A stretch of 64,000 nucleotides of DNA from Tubulanus polymorphus (lineage: Eukaryota > Animalia > Nemertea). The position numbers and the translations under genes are program-made. The notes beneath the pieces were generated by a model. The model saw only the letters and a program-made list of their open reading frames with translations, ran no database searches and was not told the origin of the DNA. Shown piece by piece: positions 26,768 to 37,126 of this stretch (position 1 is its first letter; each line of letters opens with the position of its first letter). The stretch lies in NCBI RefSeq assembly GCF_964204645.1, contig NC_134026.1, forward strand, positions 30,848,150-30,912,149. The letters run 5' to 3'.

Positions 26768-27452
26768 TTTTCAACAATGATGAATTTACTCTCAGTTCAT
26801 TCATTGTTTTAATGATGATCCTAAGAGTGATTTCAACAATGATGAATTTACCCTCAGTTCATTCATTGTTTTAATGATGATCCTGAGAGTGATTTCAACA
26901 ATGATGAATTCACCCTCAGTTCATTCATTGTTTTAATGATGATCCTGAGAGTGATTTCAACAATGATGAATTCACCCTCAGTTCATTCATTGTTTTAATG
27001 ATGATCCTGAGAGTGATTTCAACAATGATGAATTTACCCTCAGTTCATTCATTGTTTTAATGATGATCCTGAGAGTGATTTCAACAATGATGAATTTACC
27101 CTCAGTTCATTCATTGTTTTAATGATGATCCTGAGAGTGATTTCAACAACGATGAATTTACCCTCAGTTCATTCATTGTTTTAATGATGATCCTGAGAGT
27201 GATTTCAACAACAATGAATTTACCCTCAGTTCATTCATTGTTTTAATGATGATCCTGAGAGTGATTTCAACAATGATGAATTTACCCTCAGTTCATTCAT
27301 TGTTTTAATGATGATCCTGAGAGTGATTTCAACAATGATGAATTTACCCTCAGTTCATTCATTGTTTTAATGATGATCCTGAGAGTGATTTCAACAACGA
27401 TGAATTCACCCTCAGTTCATTCATTGTTTTAATGATGATCCTGAGAGTGATT
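26768..27452. repeat. 62-bp satellite, 11 copies
   Basis: Unit atttcaacaatgatgaatttaccctcagttcattcattgttttaatgatgatcctgagagtg. Confidence 0.96.
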
Positions 27453-27699
27453 TTACGACTTAAACTTAAACTAAACTAGACCTTAATTAACTGGAACGAA
27501 TTAAATTTAAAACAGCGAAAATTATTAAGATGACTTAACAAAAACAAACTTATCTAAACTAAGGCTAACTTGAAACACACTAGTGATTAATTATAAACGT
27601 CATGCTCACAATTTAACAAATCCCAGTTCAACAGTTGTGCAATTGTATGTATTTAAATTCTTGTATCCAAATCAAACTGTGGAATTGAGTATGGTTTTG

Positions 27700-28188
27700 T
27701 ATGGAACGAAATAAATAAAATAAAATGGGGTGATATCTTGAGTGTATTTTCTATATGATGTTTTCAGCGACATATTTTGTTATGATGACATCAAAGTAGC
27801 GTTAATTCATATCATTTCCAAAAATACTATAGATTATCATTACGTTCAAAGACTTGTTTCGAAAAAGCCGAGATGACGTCCAATAAAAATAATAACATGA
27901 CTGCAAGCATTTAGGCTAGAGAAATTCTAATTCAAAGATAGTATTGGACTTTACTACTATTTGTATATTGTGCAGGAAAATAAAGTTTGTTGTAACTGTT
28001 TGTACTACAAGTGGTTGTATTATTATATTTATCTGATGTCATTGAACTAATAATCTGACACGCCACCTAGTAGTGATTTTCTGAATCTACGCTTCAATAA
28101 TCTACGTCAATTTCATACGTCGAGATGCTGAAAATATCATATGAAAAATACACTTGGATTGTTTTTTTTTATTTATCGCGTTCCATTA
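27700..28188. mobile_element. Old MITE-like element with about 70-bp degenerate TIRs
   Basis: atggaacg..ataaataaaa...agtgtattttctatatgatgttttcagc is inverted relative to gctgaaaatatcatatgaaaaatacact...ttttatttatcgcgttccat. Confidence 0.55.
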
Positions 28189-28409
28189 TTGTGAAACACC
28201 GACTGAAAATGAGTGGATTTTCTGTTGTTGGTAGAAAATTGATAATAAAATTATAAGAAAAAAGGAAAAGACAGTATGAGAAAAAGTTCTCAATCACATT
28301 TCATATTTACTAAGCCTATATCAACTACGAGTAAAAGCTCTTTATGCGTGCACTATATACAACATGGGCCTTTTATATAACCACTATTTATATCTGTGTT
28401 GTGGACCAC

Positions 28410-29760
28410 GTAATTGTGTCAAAGAGTATTCGGTGATAAAACCTGGACCTTCAGTTATTCCATTCTCATGAAATCACTGGGGTTCGAATATACACAGTGA
28501 TAGTCAAATATAAAATATTTCATTAAATTGATCTTTTAGTTAGTATTGAAATACAAATAAAACAATGTTTTAAAAGAATATATATACAAATGAAATATTT
28601 TTTAAAATATATACGAATAAAACAGTTTAAAAAGATACTTTGAGATAAAATATATACAAATGAAATAGTATAATATTCAGATAAAATAGTTTTTAGATAT
28701 CATAGGTATTTCAAAATTCAGATATGAAATAGTTACTTTAATAGATTAAAATTAAGATAAAATAGTTTTTAGATATCATAGGTATTTTAAAATTCAGATA
28801 TAAAATAGTTTCTTTAATAGATTAAAATTCAGATAAAATATTTACATTAAAATTGAAATAATTTAAAATCGTTTCTAGAATGGTCTTAAGATACGTGTAA
28901 AATTGTTTTTAGAATTTTTTTAGAATTACTAGTTTAGAAGTATCAATGAAATTGTTTTCAGATATGAATATTTCAAAATTGATGCCGATGAAATAGTTTT
29001 AGATGGATCACCTTGATCAATCACAATATTGAACCAAACCCCAAAAGACCTGTAATCAATCAGTGAAAGAATCAAATAAGTGATAATAATTCATATAAGG
29101 TATGATTTTGGGCAATAGTAAAAACGAAACCAGGAAAATAATTAATCATATTCCGCAGATATTCAAAAACTGCAAATAATTTTGAGAACTGGTATGAAAT
29201 TTTGGACAAGTTAGGATTGGAAAAGTTCAAATTTTTGGAAAGTTAAGATCAAGGACTCAAAATTTGTATTAAATTGGAATTTCAGCACTGAAGGACTCAA
29301 AATTTAGGAATTTTGTTCATTCTCGGCAAGTGAAATAACTGGTACCACAAAAATACAACAAACTGTTCAACATGTGCAGTCTGACTGGATCTCAGTGAGT
29401 AGAAATCTATTGATGATGCTGGATTTCGTGACCTCTTCACAACAATAATTACCAAGTGGCTGAGAAACTACAAGTAGCCACATTTCATGTAATAAATTTG
29501 TAGAATATATCGCATACTTTAATACAACTTATGCCATTTTTGGGGACCAAGGAAGCACCTGAGAACCTGATCTGATTAACTGCAATATGAATGATAGACC
29601 TCTTGCAAACAACTTCATCGTAGATTTCTTAAATCTATTGATAATTCACTCTCAACAGCTTTAATCTGACGTGTGTTTAGTGCATTGCTCGCCTACGTGG
29701 AAACAATTCCACGCTCTATCAACCACATTTCAATTGCTAAACGCAATTCCTGCAATCTAG
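28410..29760 (+). pseudogene. Decayed, intron-containing Mutator (MULE)-like transposase remnant
   Basis: Hand-translated fragments in MULE order: WYEILDKLGLEKF (cf. RKI..LGL..Y), KFVEYIAYFNTTY (cf. F..YF..TW), EPDLINCNMNDRPLANNF (cf. P..WN....RTNN), SPTWKQF (cf. HP..w.f); stops and frameshifts present. Confidence 0.45.
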
Positions 29761-29854
29761 ACCCCAATCGAGGACCAGGAGTTACTTATGTCAGAGTGGC
29801 GTCTATTACTGAGTTGCTCGATTGTTATTAACTTAACAATTTTCCTTTTAGACC

Positions 29855-30048
29855 ATCTCCTCTATCATATCTCTCTAAACTCCTCTCTCTCATATCTCCC
29901 TAAACTCCTCTCTCATATCTCCATAAACTCCTCTATCATATCTCCATAAACTCCTCTATCATATCTCCATAAACTCTTTATTCCCTGAACCTCCTCTCTC
30001 ATACCTCCCTGAACCTCTTCTCTCATATATCAGACCTCCTCTCTCATA
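29855..30048. repeat. About 23-bp pyrimidine-rich tandem repeat
   Basis: ctcctctctcatatctccataaa variants. Confidence 0.85.
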
Positions 30049-30921
30049 TGCCTTATTGATCTCAACAAGAGATGCAGACTTATCATCAACAAGCATTTTG
30101 AATTCTCAACCCTTGATCCTGGTGATCGTTAGAATCAGTAGAGATCAATATCAATCAGTAAAACCCGATCACTGATGTGATAACAACGAATTTTCCAATC
30201 CAAGATCTTTATTTTATACTTTTTTTATCAGAGATTCTTAATCGATGCATTTTTGCAGATTTTTGCATTTTCCTATTCTATCCTATGTTCAATTATGAAC
30301 TCATAAATTCATGCATTGATCACCGATCCAGATGGTGATGGTTTCACACACAAGAAATGTAATGAAATTGATTACCGTAGTCTTTGCTGTGGTTTCCTTT
30401 CTTGTGCAATTTTTAATCCAGGCAATCTCATGTATATAAATATATATTCCTTTTCCTTATGAGTAACATTTTAAATCCTTCCGATCACATGTGAAGGATT
30501 TCCCTCCGTCGTTGAGCATTAGATATTAACATTTCAATCATTCAAGTTTTCATGTCATATTAAATTTATCTTTAATTCTGTAATTAGAAAAACAAATATG
30601 TTAATAACGATATAATGGTTTTACACTTGACGTATAAACGTCATAGTATTTGGGGGGGAGGGGGTAACATGGAACATTGAACAATCTGTTTCAATGTAGT
30701 TTCCTAAGGAATCGCATTATGTGAAACATAGCTGTTCCTTCTCCATGTTATTTTCAGCTTCATAAGGAAACACATTATGTGTGAAACATAGCTATTCCTT
30801 CTCCATGTTCCGATAAAGTTTGATAAAGAATCACATTATGTGAATCATAGCTGTTCCTTTTGATTTGAAAAATCCACTTTTTTCAAACTCCATAGGAGTT
30901 ATTGTAGGAATTGATTCCCTG

Positions 30922-31815
30922 CATATCTCGAAAGACATTTACAACGGCCGACCATAGTAGTAAGTAGTGGCAAGGATGGTAAATGCTTCAGCATCATGAG
31001 AAGCAAAATGAACCTTAATAATAAGGTATTGTAATAGAAGTAGTAGCAAGGATGGTCTATATCCCGAAAGACATTTGAAAAGGCTGACCATAGGATTAAA
31101 ATTGATGACTCCTAAGAAGGCTACTTCCACAATCAGGTGGTATGGATGGTTACTGCTGCTAAGTAGTGGCAAAGATGGTAAATGCTTCAGCATCATGAGA
31201 AGCAAAATGAACCTTCATGATAAGGTGTTGTAATAGAAGTAGTAGCAAGGATGGTCTATATCCCGAAAGACATTTGAAAAGGCTGACCATAGGATTAGGA
31301 TAGATGACTCCTAAGAAGGCTACTTCCACAATCAGGTGGTATGGATGGTTACTACTGCAAAGTAGAAGCAAAGATGGTAAATGCTTCAGCATTGTGAGAA
31401 GCACAATGAATCTTAATAATAAGGTATTGTAATAGAAGTAGTAGCAAGGATGGTCTATATCCCGAAAGACATTTGAAAAGGCTGACCATAGGATTAAAAT
31501 TGATGACTCCTAAGAAGGCTACTTCCACAATCAGGTGGTATGGATGGTTACTGCTGCTAAGTAGTGGCAAAGATGGTAAATGCTTCAGCATCATGAGAAG
31601 CAAAATGAACCTTCGTAATAAGGTGTTGTAATAGAAGTAGTAGCAAGGATGGTCTATATCCCGAAAGACATTTGAAAAGGCTGACCATAGGATTAGGATA
31701 GATGACTCCTAAGAAGGCTACTTCCACAATCAGGTGGTATGGATGGTTACTACTGCAAAGTAGAAGCAAAGATGGTAAATGCTTCAGCATTGTGAGAAGC
31801 ACAATGAATCTTAAT
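30922..31815. repeat. 199-bp tandem repeat with alternating variants (398-bp dimer), about 4.5 copies
   Basis: ORF-track repeats offset by 199; ggattaaaattgatg alternates with ggattaggatagatg. Confidence 0.93.
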
Positions 31816-32256
31816 GAATATGGGTCGGAACAAAAATGGTGTGGAACACAGTGGGACGTACAGTCAAAAAAAGAAATAAATAAATGATATAAAATGTATA
31901 TGAATGAGATGATGGATAAAAATTTCCTTTCATCCAAAAAATAAATAAATTGATGAAATGATTATGAATTTTTTTATATTTTTATCTTTTTAAATTTTTT
32001 TGGAGATTAACCGTAAAACTCCATAAAATCCATATTTACAAGGCTGGTTTTTATTTTTTCATATTTTTTTCAAATAAAAATAAGGAAGGACTGCACGCCC
32101 ACTGGTTCAAGGAGTGTTGACAGATATTTAACACTGCGCAACCTGCAGATCGACGAAGGAGGAAGGGAAAACTGAGTTTCAAGAAGTGCCGATCTGCAGA
32201 CGTGCATGGGCTGATGTTGTTGCCCGGGTGATGGCGAGTGAAGGGGCTATATTATA

Positions 32257-33125
32257 TTAATGAGTTCGCCTGCGTTTAACTAATTCATATTTGCCTTTAA
32301 AGGCCCCTTCAACGTCGCGGAGCATTTTAATAGGATCATTATACTCGATGTTTCTTGACCAACCAGGGCCGCGCGCGATGAGCTCGACAGCGGGGGAAGG
32401 TGGTGGCCCCGCTGGAGCGCCCGATGTCGATGCCTGGGCGGGCGTATTATTATTTTCATAATCATCATCACTTTCTTCATCTTCAAGTCTTCTTTTTCTA
32501 TTTCTTGTATTATTTGATCTAGTTGTCGAAGTTGTAGTAGTACTAGTCGCAGTTGAAGTAGGTGGTCGTGGTCGTCTTTTCTTAGTAGTGGTAGTAGTGG
32601 TAGTAGTAGTAGAATTAGTAGTAGTTGCAGGTGGTTGTCGTGGTCGTCGTGGTGGTCTAATATCATCGCGAGGTGGTGGTGTTGCGGGCCCTGGTGGTGG
32701 CGCTCCAGGAGTGGCGAATTCCTCCTCATCACTGCTCTCCTCCTCAAAATTTGGTTGTGGAAGTGGGGGAGGACGAGCTGCACGTTTGCCTTTTTTTTTT
32801 GATTTCGGACGCCCCGTACCTTCTGTATAATCTATTTCTTTTGTATTACGACGGGGCGACCGACGCAGTGAAGGCGTCTGAAGCTGTGGCGCCTCTGTCG
32901 GGGTCACCACTGCAGGGGCGACCTCCTGCTCCACATTTACGGGAGAAGCAGGGTCCACCTCCTGCAAAGGAACCAACTCAAATGGTGGAATTATTTTAGG
33001 AGGAGTTGGCTCCTTAGGCCCGCAGATATTTGCAACGCACCTTTTGTAAACGTTTTTCAATCCCGGAAGTGCTCTGCGGGCTGCTTCAGACTGGTCTTTC
33101 ATTATATTATCAATTATATCCAAAT
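32257..33125 (-). CDS. Terminal exon of an uncharacterised Pro/Arg/Thr-rich disordered protein, probably TE-borne
   Basis: 288 open codons, GC-richer than flanks; strong acceptor ttttttcattccag at 33126-33127; RRSPRR, GRPKSKKK and RNRKRR basic motifs; the upstream exon candidate ending at 33216 has stops in the required frame. Confidence 0.55.
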
Positions 33126-34582
33126 CTGGAATGAAAAAAAAAAAACATTAAGGATCATGCATATTACACATAAATGACATGTTCGCATATAATTATCATA
33201 TTTGTAAATAGTAACCTATAAAATAATGCAGTTATCCAATAGTTGAATGTGATGTGATGGAAAAAACGAAGAGAGTTGGGTAAGAAGGGTCATTTGAACG
33301 TTTGGAAGCGATCGTAAGCTTATTTTGCGAGAAGTGATCATGTCACTGGTTGTACGATACGGTTGTACAACTAACTCCGTTGTAACTACACTTTTAACCC
33401 CTTTCATGATTTGCATCATCCATTACATAATAACGATAAGTCGACAGTATATTATCAGTGAGGCTGATGATTGAATCTTTCGATACACATTTTATGTCTT
33501 ATATACTTACATATTTCAGAACCAACCCTGTATGTGGACGGGTACACTTTTGTTAATCCATTAATGGAACTACTGATTGTAATAAATTACATCCTACCAT
33601 TACCTTGACAATCAATTTTGGTAGCAAATCATGAATCAAAAATACACTTGATTTTTTTCTGGGGTGATGATGTACCAGGTTCCAGGTGACAAAAACTATA
33701 CATTATAATGAATGGAATTGTTACCCATGACCCTGGTTTCAAAATCTGGGAACCTCTTTGGAATAACACGCATGATAACTTTTCATTTATCAACCAATTG
33801 AAGTGGAAACTTTGCAACGATAAAAGATCTAATTTAAAACAACAGACGTCGCGCTGTATCAACAAAAAATTAATTGATAATTCCTTTTATTCAGTAATTA
33901 CTTTTCAAATGGACGAGTGAAAAATGAGTCCAAACTTCAGAAATGTATTCAATTATTTTGTAGAACACTTTTTACTTGCATACAGGGCCACACTCCATCC
34001 ACGGTAAGTGGGAGAACTTGCATTTCATTTCCTCTGAACATGAGGCAAGTGTGTACATATTATATTTTCTTCTGAATTTTCTCAAAAATGAAGATAAAAA
34101 TATGACTGATTTTTTTTTATTTTATTGTTTAAACTATTTACAGCATGAATTAAAACAGAAAAACGACACAAATAATTTCACTTCGCTGAATCTAAAACCA
34201 GTAAAAACCATTTCACACAACACTGCCCATACTGCACCTTCAGAAACAACACTCGCTACAAATATAATACATTCATTTTGAAGAACAATATTTCACTATC
34301 AACATAAATGGCTGTAATTTATTTTTCCCAATAGAATATTCATTGTCAGCAATAGGCCTATCGGTACTCCACATATTCATTACATAACTCACCTAGAATG
34401 TATAATTCATCGTACAGCAGCCATTCATTTATTCAGATCAACAAAATTCCATGCACAGCCATTTCAGCTGATATTCACCATACAGTAGCCTCCGCCTAAA
34501 CTGCTACAGTTGCACCGGGTTTGTAAGAATTGCAAAAATCAATTGATGAAAAGATTTATTGAGCCTAATAGCGGTCAAAATT

Positions 34583-35015
34583 AGGATAGGATAGGATAGG
34601 ATAGGATTGTAAATTTCTATAGCGCCTTGTAAATAGCAGGGCGATTATCAAAGGCGCTCTCCAGACGAAGATGATGACCTGAACAGAAATGTCTTGAGCT
34701 GTGCTTTGAATGCTGGCAGAGAGTCAATATCACGGAGAGGTTGCGGAAGGGAGTTCCACACTGTAGGTGCAAATGTCTCAAATGCGCGTCCGCCGAATGA
34801 CCTAAGACGACATGATTTGACTAACAGAAGGTTCTGCGACTCGGAACAAAGTGTTCGGACTGGTCTGTAAACTGTAAACAGGTTGGAGAGGTAAGAGGGT
34901 GCCAAGTTATGGAGGCACTCGAAAACCAGCAAAGCAACTTTAAATAAGATCCGTTTGCGTACTGGAAGTGAACGGAGAATCAGAGAGATGTGATCACGTG
35001 ACTTAGTGAGTGTAA
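34583..35015 (-). mobile_element. 5'-truncated L2/CR1-clade LINE (ORF2 C-terminus, 3'UTR, (TATCC)n tail)
   Basis: HIS.ILRSLPV.KRILFK..LL.F.CLH.LAPSYL...RAF...AP..WNSLP..LR...SL..FK..LKT.LF motif; 3' agcgcc...ggcgctatagaaat plus microsatellite tail. Confidence 0.9.
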
Positions 35016-35839
35016 TAATCACGTGATTATCAAGTTCTTTGTATTTTATACAATCTGACCATGTAGTGAATCCCCAAATTTCTTCTATAACTCTTTCAGA
35101 GCCCAGTCCACTTTCGTCTACAGATTATTTCAGGTCGTACTGTGCCCTGTCGACTTTCGTCGACATTTCTTATAGCAGTTTTATTTTTAGTTTTTCGCAT
35201 AGAATTCAGCAGAGAACCTGCCGCTAGACGGCTTGATTAAATGGCAGCGCCCGTTAGTTTGTTTTTATGCTGCGTTTTTGTGGTGTTGCTATTCAAAATC
35301 ATTGAGTTTTTTGCATTTGAAAGGTCACGTGATTTAATTATTAGCTCATTTTCTAATTATAATTACCCATATAATTTATATTTCTGACCGTAGACATTGA
35401 ATATTCCATTGTCAGCTGTTAGCTGAGGCTAGATACCCGATTTGTTCATTTTGATACATGAAATTTAGGGGGTTATCAAATAAAAAGGTAACCGATTATA
35501 ATTTATGCAAATTAGCTCATTTGCATAGGACGTCACTTTCGGTCAGAAAAATTACCACCAAAATTTTCCAAGGGTCATACCCTACAAACTTAATGTTTCT
35601 TTATCCCATTTTCATAATGGAAATTATGACCAGTTTAAGTCATGCGTGTGCATTAATAGAACATAAGGCCTAATCACTAACAGTAAAAATACATAAAGAT
35701 GTTCTCATGTTTTTATGTATTTTTGCTAACAGAGATAGAAGGTTGATAGTACATACACGTATTCTATAATATAGGCGAACAGCCGTTACAGTTTACCGGT
35801 TCAGGCAGATAATAAACGGAAATGAAGTGAACATTAACG

Positions 35840-36265
35840 GGATATGGGAAGCGTTCTGGGAAACCAGGTCATTATGGATTTGAACCCCGTACATTACCAT
35901 TGCATCCCCGGCAAGACACTTATCCTCATTTCCTCTCTCCACCCAGAAGTAAATGGGTACCTGGCCCGATAGATGACCCCTGAGCACCTAGCGGCTGTTC
36001 GGATGTTGCTTCTCCCCAGGGGCGGGTCCATAGTCATGGCTTAGACTTAAGACTAGTCTAAGACAATTTTAGTTATATAGCTAATCTAACAGCTTAAGAT
36101 CAGTCTTAAGATTTAAGACCACTTTTGGACTTAAGTCTCGACTATGGAACCGGCCCCAGGAGACTATTAAATGGCTGGGGCAATAAAACCGAAAATGTAA
36201 AGCGCTCTGAGCAGCAGCTGGATTTAGGGCTATATTAGACACATAATATTATTGTTATTATTATC
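35840..36265 (+). mobile_element. SINE with conserved central domain and L2-type tail, interrupted by a MITE
   Basis: ggcaagacacttatcc...ctccacccagaagtaaatgggtacc; tail tgtaaagcgctctgag...gctata...attattgttattatt. Confidence 0.75.
36020..36156. mobile_element. PIF/Harbinger-type MITE, copy 1
   Basis: TIR gggc.ggt.ccatagtc / gactatggaaccggccc; 3-bp TSD cag. Confidence 0.85.
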
Positions 36266-37126
36266 ATCGAACAGAGCAATATACCATAAAAGGCAAAACA
36301 TATGTATCGAAAAACAACATTTCATCTTTATTTCATCGAATTGAACAGATTATACCAGGTATAGACCGTCTACCAGTTTAAGTGAAGTCTACAGTATCAT
36401 TAAGGGCAAAATATCCATCAAAATGCGATACGTTTGAAAATATGTTTTTGTAATATGAATTTTCACCGAATTTTATTTCGAAAAATTGTGATACACAGTA
36501 TTTCCTTAGAGTACTGCACATTTCCATATGGTTTTTGCTAAGTAAGTCTAGTTCATTTCCATTTCATGACAAACAGAAAAAGGACACAAAAAATTTCATT
36601 CAAATTTCTTCTGTATTTTCTGTATTTTCATCATCAATCAAAAAACTTAAACTTTTACTTTCAGAAACAACTGCCGGGGTAAGATCCATTTCACTCGACA
36701 CTGCCCGCTGCTGTACAATCATGCTGTACCTTCAGAAACTACCACTAGGGGTGCAAACCATTTCGCACGACACTGTCTGTTGCTGTACCTTTAGAAACAA
36801 CCACCAGGGGTAAAAACCATTTCACACGACTCTGTCCACTGCTGCAACTTCATACAATTAAATCCATTCACTACAAATTATAATAAGATTTTTGTCTATA
36901 AAAATCAAACGTCATTAAACAGCGAACAATAAACGATATTTAGAATTAGGCCTATATCACATGAATTCATTAAGTATTTCAAATAATCACTACTTACCCT
37001 TCAAGTATAGAATCATTCAGTGGAATAATTCACTATAAATACAGCTGCAGTTGTTTACAGAAAAAACAATACGAAATGTCCCTGTCGAACTTGTAAGGTG
37101 TAAAACAGGATAGACCTAGATAAATG

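Noticed and set aside
15929-27452. Tandem arrays as CRISPR arrays
   Set aside because: Units are repeated end to end with no unique spacers, no cas genes, eukaryotic context
26768-27452. ATGATGA and CTGA in the 62-mer as a C/D-box snoRNA array
   Set aside because: Only 2 nt between the second C-like box and the D box, no D' box or terminal stem; units nearly identical
33216-33419. 67-aa ORF as the upstream exon of the Pro-rich gene
   Set aside because: It ends in TAG at the donor, and the frame needed to splice into 33125 has three stops
12400-33600. Polinton, Helitron or endogenous virus identity for the repeat block
   Set aside because: No PolB, integrase, capsid or Rep/helicase motifs, and no terminal inverted repeats seen
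34200-36850. GGCAGTGT (miR-34 seed-like) on the minus strand in about 60-bp repeats
   Set aside because: No complementary star arm or pre-miRNA hairpin; the seed varies between copies
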